A DNA stretch of 62,337 nt, filler included. It is 5 parts of 5 records of this genome, joined end to end, with 100 filler letters (N's around TTAATTAATTAA, not from the genome) between each part and the next. Parts side by side here need not be neighbours in the genome. Positions count along the whole stretch, not along the records: positions 36,578 to 43,495 come from DRR723986_4775; positions 43,596 to 49,073 come from DRR723986_4777; positions 49,174 to 62,337 come from DRR723986_4778; 2 more parts are not named here. One strand, given 5' to 3'. The translations under genes were made by a program, and so were the position numbers. The notes beneath the pieces were generated by a model. That model had not been told where the DNA came from and searched no databases. It saw nothing but the letters and a program-made list of their open reading frames with translations. Below, in pieces: positions 41,128 to 49,606 of this stretch; the stretch's first letter is position 1; each line of letters opens with the position of its first letter.

Positions 41128-41154
41128 GTTCTTTCCTCCCTGTGAATGAGCGCC

Positions 41155-41955
41155 CTAACCGGCGTTCGTTTCCTTCGCGGCGCTTCCCTGCGCCACGATC
41201 ACCCGGATGTCGGCGGCTTCCAGCATGGAGGCCGCGCGGTCCGGTATGCCTTCGTCAGTGATGACGATGTCGATGCGGTCGAGCGGGCAGAGCACGAGGC
41301 TCGACCGGTTCTCGAACTTCGAGCTGTCCGCCAGCACCACCAGCTCGTCCGCCTGTCCGATCAGCTTTTCCTCGGCTTGGATTAGCAACGGGTCACTTTC
41401 CATCAGCCCGATGGGGGCCAGCCCATGCGCCCCCATGAACATGCGCCGGGCGTAGAAATGCCGGGTCATGTCATTGTCGAAAGGCGACAGGATGATGTTC
41501 TGTTCGCGGTAGATCGCGCCGCCCGGCACCATCACGGTGTTCTTGGTGTTGCGCAGCAGGTGTTCCGCGATGGGAAAGCTATTGGTCAGCACCTGCACCC
41601 GGCGGTTGGCCAGCGGATGCACCATCTGAAAAGTCGTCGTGCCGCCGTTGATGATGATCGGCTCGCCGTCGTTGCATAAGGCGACTGCGTCGCGTGCAAT
41701 CGCCGCCTTGGCCTCGGCGTTGATTGCCTGATTGACGGAGAACGGGCGCCCCGCAAGCCCTGGCAGGGCGGGCGGCGTCAGCGCCTCGGCCCCGCCACGG
41801 ACGCGACGCAGGCGTTTTTGCCCGTCAAGCGTCGCGATGTCGCGCCTGATGGTGGCCTCGGATGTTTCCGTCAATGCGACCAGTTCCCCCACCGTCACGA
41901 TGGGGCGTTCCTGGACAGCCGATAGAATGATCCTGTGGCGTTCCGTCTCGTGCAT
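41155..41955 (-). CDS. rhaR: DeoR-family regulator of the rhamnose locus
   Basis: MHETERH..SEATIRRD HTH, INGGTT, DSSKF. Confidence 0.85.
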   Translation of the reverse strand: MHETERHRIILSAVQERPIVTVGELVALTETSEATIRRDIATLDGQKRLRRVRGGAEALTPPALPGLAGRPFSVNQAINAEAKAAIARDAVALCNDGEPIIINGGTTTFQMVHPLANRRVQVLTNSFPIAEHLLRNTKNTVMVPGGAIYREQNIILSPFDNDMTRHFYARRMFMGAHGLAPIGLMESDPLLIQAEEKLIGQADELVVLADSSKFENRSSLVLCPLDRIDIVITDEGIPDRAASMLEAADIRVIVAQGSAAKETNAG

Positions 41956-41997
41956 TGTGTCCTCCCGTATACCAAGAATGCCAGTTTCACCGCGCTG

Positions 41998-42070
41998 GTC
42001 AATCATTTTCTTTCAATTTCGATCATGCTGCGGCGCAGAATGATTGATGTTGATTGGTTGTGCTTGACTT
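41998..42070. promoter_or_regulatory. repeated TGATT/AATCA motifs, candidate RhaR sites
   Basis: TCAATCA...TCAAT...GATCA and TGATTGA..TTGATTG in the divergent gap. Confidence 0.35.
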
Positions 42071-42141
42071 GAGCCGTGGTTGCGCTCACGTTGAGCCCGA
42101 CGCAAGAGGCCGCACTTTGCGGCGTTCCAGGGAGGATGACC

Positions 42142-43495
42142 ATGCTGACCCGCAACGAGGACCGGCTGCAAAACCAGTGGGATGACGCCCGCGCAGAGGG
42201 CATGAGCGAGCCGGAAAAGCTGCTCTACCGTTCGAACCTTCTGGGCTCGGACAAGCGAATCACCAACTACGGTGGCGGCAACACCTCGGCAAAGGTGATG
42301 GAGACCGACCCGCTGTCGGGCGAGCAGATCGAAGTGCTTTGGGTGAAGGGATCGGGCGGCGATGTCGGCTCGATCAAGATGGACGGCTTTGCCACGCTCT
42401 ACATGGACAAGCTGCGCGCGCTGAAGGGCAAGTACCGCGGCGTGGCGTTCGAAGACGAGATGGTCGGCTACCTGCCGCATTGCACCTTCAACCTGAACGC
42501 CCGCGCGGCCTCCATCGACACGCCGCTGCACGCCTATGTGCCCAAGAAGCACGTCGACCACATGCACCCCGACGCGATCATCGCCATCGCGGCTTCGAGG
42601 AATTCGAAAGAACTGACGCAGGAGATCTTCGGCTCCGAGATCGGCTGGCTGCCGTGGAAGAAGCCGGGCTACGAACTGGGTCTGTGGCTGGAGAAATTCG
42701 CGCTGGAGAACCCGGAGGCGAAGGGAGTCGTGCTCGAAAGCCACGGGCTGTTCACCTGGGATGACGACGCCAAGGCCTGTTACGAGCTGACGCTGGAGAT
42801 CATTCAGAAGGCGATGGACTGGTTTGCGGATAAGACCGCCGGCGTGGCGGCCTTTGGCGGTGCGGTTCACGAGTCGCTGGACCCAGCAGCGCGCCGTGCC
42901 GTGGCCGCACGGCTGATGCCCGCGATCCGTGGCTTTGTTTCGGGCAACCAGCACATGGTCGGCCACTTCGAGGACAGCGTCGCGGTGCTGGAATTCGTGA
43001 ATGCCAAGGACATGCGTGATCTGGCGGCGCTTGGCACCTCCTGCCCGGACCACTTCCTGAGGACAAAGATTCGCCCGCTGGTGATCGATTTCGACCCCGC
43101 GCAAAACAACATCGACGCGGTGCTGGAGGGACTGGCCGGTCAGATCGCCGCCTACCGCGACGACTACGCCGCATATTACGACCGCTGCAAGCACGCCGAC
43201 AGCCCGGCCCTGCGTGACCCGAATGCCGTGGTCTATCTGGTGCCGGGAGTCGGCATGATCACCTTTGCCAAGGACAAGGCCACCGCGCGGATTTCCGGTG
43301 AGTTCTACGTCAACGCGATCAACGTCATGCGGGGCGCGTCCTCGGTGTCGGAATATGTCGGCCTGCCGGAGCAGGAAGCCTTTGATATCGAGTACTGGTT
43401 GCTCGAAGAGGCCAAGCTGCAACGGATGCCCAAGCCGAAGAGCATGGCAGGTCGCGTGGCGCTGGTCACCGGAGGCGCGGGCGGCATCGGCATGG
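42142..43495 (+). CDS. rhaD: bifunctional rhamnulose-1-phosphate aldolase/short-chain dehydrogenase, 3' truncated
   Basis: NYGGGNTS, VKGSGGD, SIDTPLH, HMHPD, CPDHFLRTK, EYWLLE, then SDR TGGAGGIG. Confidence 0.92.
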
Positions 43496-43595
43496 NNNNN
43501 NNNNNNNNNNNNNNNNNNNNNNNNNNNNNNNNNNNNNNNTTAATTAATTAANNNNNNNNNNNNNNNNNNNNNNNNNNNNNNNNNNNNNNNNNNNN
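43496..43595. other. artificial contig spacer
   Basis: 44 N + TTAATTAATTAA + 44 N. Confidence 0.98.
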
Positions 43596-43596
43596 C

Positions 43597-44412
43597 GTCC
43601 TTCTGGGCGAGCCCAACACCGAGGCGGGCTTCATGCTGCAAAAATGGGATCTGCCCAAGCCGCGCATCATCGAGGCCGTGGACGCAGGCGCGCCGGTCGT
43701 GATCGTTGACACCAACAACCCCGCCGAACTGCCCGACGCCATCAACGACGCCGATATCCTCGCCATCATCGACCATCACAAGCTCGTCGGCGGGATCGAG
43801 ACCAAGGGACCGATCGACATCACCATCCGCCCCGTGGCCTGCACCGCCACCATCATGCATGACCTGATGGGCAACGACGCCGCCAAGATGCCCGAGGCGA
43901 TCAAGGGCGCGATGCTGTCCTGCATCCTGTCCGACACGCTGGAGTTTCGCAGCCCCACCACCACCGACCGCGACCGCGACGTGGTTGAGGCGCTGGCCGC
44001 CGATCTGGGCATCGACACCGCCGCTTATGCCACCGAGATGTTCGCCGCCAAATCCGACGTATCCGCCTTCTCCGACGCGGAATTGCTGCGCATGGATTCC
44101 AAGGCCTACGACGTCAGCGGCACCAAGTTCCGCGTCTCGGTGCTGGAAACCACTTCGCCCGGCACCGTTCTGTCGCGCAAGGACGCGCTGGTCGCGGCCA
44201 TGCCGCAGGTGGCCGAGGAAGACGGCGTCGATCAGGTTCTGCTGTTCGTTGTCGATATCCTGAACGAGGAATCGACGCTGCTGGTCCCGAACGATCTGGT
44301 GAAAACCGTGGCCGAGAAAAGCTTTGCCACCGTCGTGGGCGATGCCGACACCGTGGTTCTGCCCGGCGTCGTATCCCGTAAAAAGCAGATCATCCCGAAC
44401 CTCGCTTTGTAA
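43597..44412 (+). CDS. ppaC: Mn-dependent inorganic pyrophosphatase (family II), 5' truncated
   Basis: IIDHHK (DHH), ILSDTL, SRKKQ. Confidence 0.92.
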   Translation, partial: VLLGEPNTEAGFMLQKWDLPKPRIIEAVDAGAPVVIVDTNNPAELPDAINDADILAIIDHHKLVGGIETKGPIDITIRPVACTATIMHDLMGNDAAKMPEAIKGAMLSCILSDTLEFRSPTTTDRDRDVVEALAADLGIDTAAYATEMFAAKSDVSAFSDAELLRMDSKAYDVSGTKFRVSVLETTSPGTVLSRKDALVAAMPQVAEEDGVDQVLLFVVDILNEESTLLVPNDLVKTVAEKSFATVVGDADTVVLPGVVSRKKQIIPNLAL

Positions 44413-44468
44413 GCCACCGGCAGGCGCGGGATTGACCCGCGCCCGGACGATTTGACCGACAGTCTCTG

Positions 44469-44497
44469 GAACCGGCCGCCCTGACGGCCGGTTCTTT
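44469..44497 (+). terminator. intrinsic terminator after ppaC
   Basis: 10-bp stem GAACCGGCCG/CGGCCGGTTC followed by TTT. Confidence 0.55.
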
Positions 44498-44659
44498 GCG
44501 TCCCGAGGGGGCAACACCCGGCGCCACCCCGATCACGTGAAGTAATTGTCAAACGCTTCAGTTTGCCACCGCAACTGTTTCAACCTCTTCTGCTATAATG
44601 AACCCACGGATTCGCGGCCTCGCACTTTGCCGGGACGCACTTACAATGGGGGAACTGAC

Positions 44660-45382
44660 ATGAAGAAGTTGCTGCTCGTCTGCACGTCCATCTGTAGCCT
44701 GACGCTGGCCAGCGCCGCGCTCGCCGATGGACCCAGCTATGTGGAGCCGGAACCGGCCCCGCTGCCACCGGCCCCGTCGATCATCCAGGACTGGAGCGGG
44801 GCCTATGCCGGGCTGAGCGCCGGCTTTGGCTTTGGCGAGGCGACCCACAGCTTCAGCAATGGCGCCCCGACCGGCGATTCAGACCCGTCGGGCGGGCTGT
44901 TCGGGGTTTTCCTGGGCTATGCCTGGCAATCGGGCAATCTTGTCTACGGTGCCGAGATCGACATCATGTATTCCGACTATTCCGGCAGCTTCGTGGACAC
45001 CACCGGCGCCACGTCGCAAGGGGTGATCGACACCAATTGGCAGGCCTCGGTGCGCGGGGTTCTGGGCCATGCGGGATCGCTCGGGCAGCGGCCTGCGCTG
45101 TATTACCTCACCGCGGGCTGGGCCGTGGGTGACTTCGATTTCCTCGGCGGGCCATCGGTTCCGGTCCCGCCCGGCGGCGGCTATAGCGAGCAACTGAGCG
45201 GCTGGACTGCGGGCATCGGCATGGACATCGCCATGGCCGACAATGCCGCGCTGCGCATCGAATACCGCTACACCGATTTCGGCGAGGCGAGCGGGATCCT
45301 CAATCCGACCTTCCCCACTGTCACGATGCCGGTGGAAGTCACACAGCACAGCCTTCATATCGGATATCGGATCCGGTTCTGA
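44660..45382 (+). CDS. outer-membrane beta-barrel protein (Omp31/RopB-like)
   Basis: Signal peptide, Pro-rich linker, DWSGAYAG, EYRYTDFG, terminal Phe. Confidence 0.8.
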   Translation: MKKLLLVCTSICSLTLASAALADGPSYVEPEPAPLPPAPSIIQDWSGAYAGLSAGFGFGEATHSFSNGAPTGDSDPSGGLFGVFLGYAWQSGNLVYGAEIDIMYSDYSGSFVDTTGATSQGVIDTNWQASVRGVLGHAGSLGQRPALYYLTAGWAVGDFDFLGGPSVPVPPGGGYSEQLSGWTAGIGMDIAMADNAALRIEYRYTDFGEASGILNPTFPTVTMPVEVTQHSLHIGYRIRF

Positions 45383-45526
45383 GCCGCGCGCTTCGCGTCC
45401 CCGCATACTGGTGGGGCGCGGGCCGTCATCGGCCAGTTTCAGCTTACGCGAGGGGCGGCCACCGGCTGCCCCTTGTTGCATTTGCGCCCCTGGCAGACAC
45501 TGACGGTGCCCAATCACAGGTGCCCC

Positions 45527-46045
45527 ATGCGACCGTTCCTTCCCGTTCTCCTGACTCTTCTGGCAATCCCCGCGCTGGCCGACAGTTATTCCCCTGCCCC
45601 CGGCGATATCGTGACCATCGGCCAGGGCGGGCTTGGCCTTGCCTCTGCCGACGCGACAACCACCGCCACCCTGCCCTTCGGCGCGCCCTTCCATGAAAGC
45701 CTGCGGAGTCTGACCACAATCCTGGGCCATGATTTCTCGGTCTACCTGCCCGAGGAATGCCCCGCAGGCCCCGTCGTCGTCGTCAGCTTCACCCGCCAGA
45801 TCGACCTGATCTATCAGCAGGACCGTCTGGCTGGCTATATGCTGCGCCCCGGCTCGACAATGACCACCCAGGCAGGCGTCGGCCTTGGCACGCCCCTTGC
45901 GGGACTGGGCAGTTTCGCAACGCTGGAAGTCATGGAATCCAGCCTTGGTTGGGAATTTCAGGCCGGTGAGATCTCTGGCCTCTTGTCAGAGAGGGAGGGA
46001 ATAGTGGAACATCTGTGGTCTGGCACGGTCTGCATTTTCCGCTGA
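45527..46045 (+). CDS. exported hypothetical protein
   Basis: Signal peptide ending ALA; two Cys (ECPAGP and C-terminal CIFR). Confidence 0.65.
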   Translation: MRPFLPVLLTLLAIPALADSYSPAPGDIVTIGQGGLGLASADATTTATLPFGAPFHESLRSLTTILGHDFSVYLPEECPAGPVVVVSFTRQIDLIYQQDRLAGYMLRPGSTMTTQAGVGLGTPLAGLGSFATLEVMESSLGWEFQAGEISGLLSEREGIVEHLWSGTVCIFR

Positions 46046-46106
46046 CCCCACTCCGGTCCCCGGCATCACGCAGGCCCCGCGCCAACGGGTCCATTCGGAT
46101 GGCCGA

Positions 46107-46124
46107 CTGTCAAATGACGGTCAT
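46107..46124 (+). promoter_or_regulatory. candidate Pho box
   Basis: CTGTCAA-ATGA-CGGTCAT; each half matches CTGTCAT 6/7 at 11-bp period. TAAGAA lies 10 bp downstream. Confidence 0.5.
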
Positions 46125-46169
46125 GCACCCGCAATAAGAATAAGCATAACCAATAGGAGGTTCGCCCCA

Positions 46170-48128
46170 ATGACACTGATATTAGACCGTCGCCTGTTCC
46201 TGGCCGGGTCCGCCAGCTTCATCGCGTTGCACCCGTTTTCTGCCCGCGCACAGGCGGGTCAGGCGCATTTGCGCATCATGGAAACCACCGACCTGCATGT
46301 GCATGTCTTCCCCTATGACTATTACGGCGACCGCGCCGTCGATACCGTGGGTCTGTCGCGCACCGCCGCCCTGATCGAGGGCATTAGGGCGGAATCCACC
46401 AACTCGCTGCTGTTTGACAATGGCGACTTCCTGCAAGGCAACCCGATGGGCGATTACATCGCCTATGAACGCGGCATGTCCGAGGGTGACAGCCACCCGG
46501 TGATTGCCGCGATGAACACGCTTGGCTTCGATGGCTCGACCCTTGGCAATCATGAATTCAACTATGGCCTGAGCTTCCTGATGAATTCGCTCAGCGGTTC
46601 GAGCTTCCCTGTGGTCTGCGCCAATGTGGTCAGCGAAATGGGCGCCTCCCCGCGCGAAGACACCACGCTGCTGCCGCCCTATGTGATCCTCGATCATGAA
46701 GTGACGGATGGCGCAGGCGAGACGCATCCGATCCGCATTGGCGTCATCGGCTTCGTGCCGCCGCAGATCATGAACTGGGACCGCCGCCATCTGGAAGGCA
46801 ACGTGATGGCGCGCGACATCGTCTCGACGGCACAGGCCTATGTGCCCCAGATGAAAGAGGAAGGCGCCGACCTGATCATCGCACTGTCCCATTCCGGCAT
46901 CGGCGAGGCCGACCATATCGACGGTCAGGAAAATGCCTCGATCCCGCTGGCGGCAGTCGAAGGCATCGACGCGATTCTGACCGGCCACCATCACCTTGTC
47001 TTCCCCGGCCCCGATTATGCCGACACCCCCGGTGTGGACACTGATGCTGGCACCATCATGGGCAAACCCGCCACCATGGGCGGCTTCTGGGGCAGCCATA
47101 TGGGCCTTGTCGACCTGATGCTGGAACGCGACGCGGGCGAATGGCGCATCGCCGCCCATAGCTGCGAGGCGCGGCCGATCTACAGCCGTGGCGAAGACCG
47201 CTCGATTACCCCGCTGGTGGAAAGTGTCGCCTCCGTCGAGGCCGCCGCGCAGGAGGAACATGACGCAACGCTCGCCTATGTGCGCCGCGCCGTGGGCCGG
47301 ACAGAGGCGCCGCTGCACAGCTATTTCGCACTCGTGGCCGATGACCCCTCGGTCCAGATCGTCTCCATCGCCCAGACCTGGTACATCACCCAGATGATGG
47401 AGGGCACGGAATGGGAAGGCATCCCGATCCTGTCCGCCGCAGCCCCCTTCAAGGCCGGTGGCCGGGGTGGTCCTCAGTATTACACCGACGTGCCCGTTGG
47501 CGACGTGGCGATCCGCAACGTGGCTGACCTGTATCTCTACCCCAACACCGTGCGCGCGGTGCTGGTGAACGGCGAACAGCTGCAAGGCTGGCTGGAACGC
47601 TCGGCGGGCATCTTCAACCAGATCACACCGGGCGAGGCCGATCAGGTGCTGCTGAACCCCGACTTCCCGTCCTACAATTTCGACGTGATCGACGGGGTGG
47701 AATACCAGATCGACCTTTCCCAACCCTCGCGCTTCACCGCGCGCGGCGAGGCCCTGAACCCCGACGCATCCCGGATCGTCAACCTGACCTATATGGGCCA
47801 GCCGGTGACGCCTGACATGCAGTTCGTCATAGCCACCAACAACTATCGCGCGGGCGGCGGCGGCAGCTTCCCCGGTGCGTCCCCCGACACGGTGATTTTC
47901 GAGGGCCCCGACACCAACCGCGACGTGATCGTGCGCTATATCGTGGAACAGGGCTCGATCAACCCGCAGGCCGATGCCAACTGGTCCTTCGCCCCGATGG
48001 AGGGCACGACGGTCCTGTTTGACACCGGCCCCGGCGGCGCGGGCTATGCCGATAGCGTCGAAGGCGTTGCGATCGAACCGGCGGGCGACGGCCCCGATGG
48101 CTTCGCCCGCTTCCGCATCACGCTGTGA
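46170..48128 (+). CDS. cpdB: 2',3'-cyclic-nucleotide 2'-phosphodiesterase/3'-nucleotidase, Tat-exported
   Basis: DRRLFL Tat motif, [30 protein letters not shown]. Confidence 0.93.
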   Translation: MTLILDRRLFLAGSASFIALHPFSARAQAGQAHLRIMETTDLHVHVFPYDYYGDRAVDTVGLSRTAALIEGIRAESTNSLLFDNGDFLQGNPMGDYIAYERGMSEGDSHPVIAAMNTLGFDGSTLGNHEFNYGLSFLMNSLSGSSFPVVCANVVSEMGASPREDTTLLPPYVILDHEVTDGAGETHPIRIGVIGFVPPQIMNWDRRHLEGNVMARDIVSTAQAYVPQMKEEGADLIIALSHSGIGEADHIDGQENASIPLAAVEGIDAILTGHHHLVFPGPDYADTPGVDTDAGTIMGKPATMGGFWGSHMGLVDLMLERDAGEWRIAAHSCEARPIYSRGEDRSITPLVESVASVEAAAQEEHDATLAYVRRAVGRTEAPLHSYFALVADDPSVQIVSIAQTWYITQMMEGTEWEGIPILSAAAPFKAGGRGGPQYYTDVPVGDVAIRNVADLYLYPNTVRAVLVNGEQLQGWLERSAGIFNQITPGEADQVLLNPDFPSYNFDVIDGVEYQIDLSQPSRFTARGEALNPDASRIVNLTYMGQPVTPDMQFVIATNNYRAGGGGSFPGASPDTVIFEGPDTNRDVIVRYIVEQGSINPQADANWSFAPMEGTTVLFDTGPGGAGYADSVEGVAIEPAGDGPDGFARFRITL

Positions 48129-48129
48129 T

Positions 48130-49032
48130 CTAGCTGGGGGAGGCTGCGGCCTCCCCCTTCTTTCCGGCCCAGAACCTCAGGCGCCCCGACAGCCCTCCGC
48201 CCTGCCCCGCATAGACCGCCGCCAGAACCACAAGCGCGCCGGTCAGCTGCACCCATGTCAGCCCCTCGCCCAGCACCACCCATCCCAGCAGCACCGCCGA
48301 GAGCGGGCTCAGAAACCCAAGGCTCGACACCGCGGCAGGCGGCAGGCGCATCACGCCCCGGAACCAGATCACATAGGTCAGCGCCGCGCCCACGCCCGAC
48401 AGCCACAGCCAGCCCATCCAGTTCTGGGCCGTGAACACCGGCACCCCCGGCTCCAGCCAGAGCGCCAGCGGCACCAGCAACAGCCCGCCCGCCGTCAACT
48501 GCCATGCGGTCAGGGTCAGCAGGTCCACCGGCGGTTGCCAGCGCCGCGTCAGCACCATGCCCGACGCCATCGACACCGCGCCGATCAGTCCCGCGCCGAC
48601 GCCCACCGGGTCCAGCGCCGCCTCTGGCCCCAGCAGCAACAGCGCGACGCCGCCGATCCCCGCCACTGCGGCCATCACCGCGCGCAAAGTCACCGGCACC
48701 CCCAGCCAGATCGCCGCAAAACCGATGACAATCAGCGGCTGGATCGCCCCCACCGTGGCCGCCACGCCGCCGGGCAGCCGATAGGCCGCCACGAATAGCG
48801 CCCCCCAGAAGATGGTGAAATTCAGCGCGCCCAGCACCGCCACCCGCGCCCACCAGATACCCGAAGGCAAGCGGCGAACCGCCAGCAGCAGCACCAGCCC
48901 CGCAGGCAGAGCTCGCAGCATCGCCAGCGTCAGCGGCATGCCCGCAGGCATCAATTCAGTCGTTACGATATAGCTCGACCCCCAGATCGCAGGGGCAAGC
49001 GCGGTTACAAACAAGTCGGATCGTCTGGCCAT
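48130..49032 (-). CDS. pecM: EamA/DMT exporter, PecM-like
   Basis: ALAPAIWGSSY, LRALPAG, YRLPGGVAAT. Confidence 0.8.
   Translation of the reverse strand: MARRSDLFVTALAPAIWGSSYIVTTELMPAGMPLTLAMLRALPAGLVLLLAVRRLPSGIWWARVAVLGALNFTIFWGALFVAAYRLPGGVAATVGAIQPLIVIGFAAIWLGVPVTLRAVMAAVAGIGGVALLLLGPEAALDPVGVGAGLIGAVSMASGMVLTRRWQPPVDLLTLTAWQLTAGGLLLVPLALWLEPGVPVFTAQNWMGWLWLSGVGAALTYVIWFRGVMRLPPAAVSSLGFLSPLSAVLLGWVVLGEGLTWVQLTGALVVLAAVYAGQGGGLSGRLRFWAGKKGEAAASPS
48136..48163 (+). terminator. intrinsic terminator after cpdB
   Basis: Stem GGGGGAGGC/GCCTCCCCC followed by TTCTTT. Confidence 0.55.
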
Positions 49033-49047
49033 CTCGGCCTCCTCATT

Positions 49048-49065
49048 TATCTTGATGTCAAGACA
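49048..49065. promoter_or_regulatory. candidate PecS (MarR/UrtR) operator
   Basis: Near-perfect 18-bp palindrome TATCTTGATGTCAAGACA just upstream of pecM. Confidence 0.65.
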
Positions 49066-49073
49066 TCTACATT

Positions 49074-49173
49074 NNNNNNNNNNNNNNNNNNNNNNNNNNN
49101 NNNNNNNNNNNNNNNNNTTAATTAATTAANNNNNNNNNNNNNNNNNNNNNNNNNNNNNNNNNNNNNNNNNNNN
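49074..49173. other. artificial contig spacer
   Basis: 44 N + TTAATTAATTAA + 44 N. Confidence 0.98.
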
Positions 49174-49200
49174 GGGGTTCGAACCCCCTAGGGGACGCCA
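49174..49200 (+). tRNA. tRNA-Glu, 3' fragment at contig edge
   Basis: GGGGTTCGAACCCCCTAGGGGACGCCA is a T-arm, acceptor strand and CCA, nearly identical to gammaproteobacterial tRNA-Glu. The anticodon is not in the window. Confidence 0.8.
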
Positions 49201-49220
49201 ATTTCAAAGCTGTCTGTTCG

Positions 49221-49370
49221 TCAGCTGCCATGACCACCCTGGTGGTGCTTTCCGCCTTTAGCAGCATGACTCTTCTGATCCTTCATGACGAAGATGCCGA
49301 CTCCGACGAAGAAGCCAATCATCAGCAATACTGTGGCGATTCCGGCGATTACAACTGCGTCCATATACAT
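49221..49370 (-). CDS. ccoM: small single-TM protein, cbb3 oxidase subunit CcoM-like (49 aa)
   Basis: MYMDAVVIAGIATVLLMIGFFVGVGIFVMKDQKSHAAKGGKHHQGGHGS, with AGGAG RBS and an upstream FNR box. Not in the ORF track (<60 aa). Confidence 0.75.
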   Translation of the reverse strand: MYMDAVVIAGIATVLLMIGFFVGVGIFVMKDQKSHAAKGGKHHQGGHGS

Positions 49371-49436
49371 GGCTATGTCTCCTGTACCTGTAAAACTTGA
49401 TTAAGCTCAGGTTACGCCGCCAGCGCCTGCCCCGTA

Positions 49437-49450
49437 TTGATCTGCATCAA
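49437..49450. promoter_or_regulatory. FNR/ANR box
   Basis: Perfect TTGAT-CTGC-ATCAA. A minus-strand TAACCT at 49409-49414 is at class II spacing. Confidence 0.8.
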
Positions 49451-49606
49451 GCTCATTTCGTCATTGCAATAATTGCCAAAGTGAGACGCCCTGCCCCATT
49501 TCTCTCGATTTATCCTGAGTTTGCAGCGCATTTGCCGTAAACTGCTGCTATAGTCGTAGGCAAGGGAATACAGGTAACAACGTCAGGGATCGCTTCTGTA
49601 ATTGCT

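Noticed and set aside
46182-47723. Long antisense ORFs (also 42013-43422, 10347-11507, 37498-38400, 30196-31104)
   Set aside because: Shadow frames of well-supported high-GC genes, with no recognisable motifs.
49174-49200. tRNA-Glu fragment as a prophage or island att site
   Set aside because: It is cut by the contig edge and followed by core genes with no integrase.
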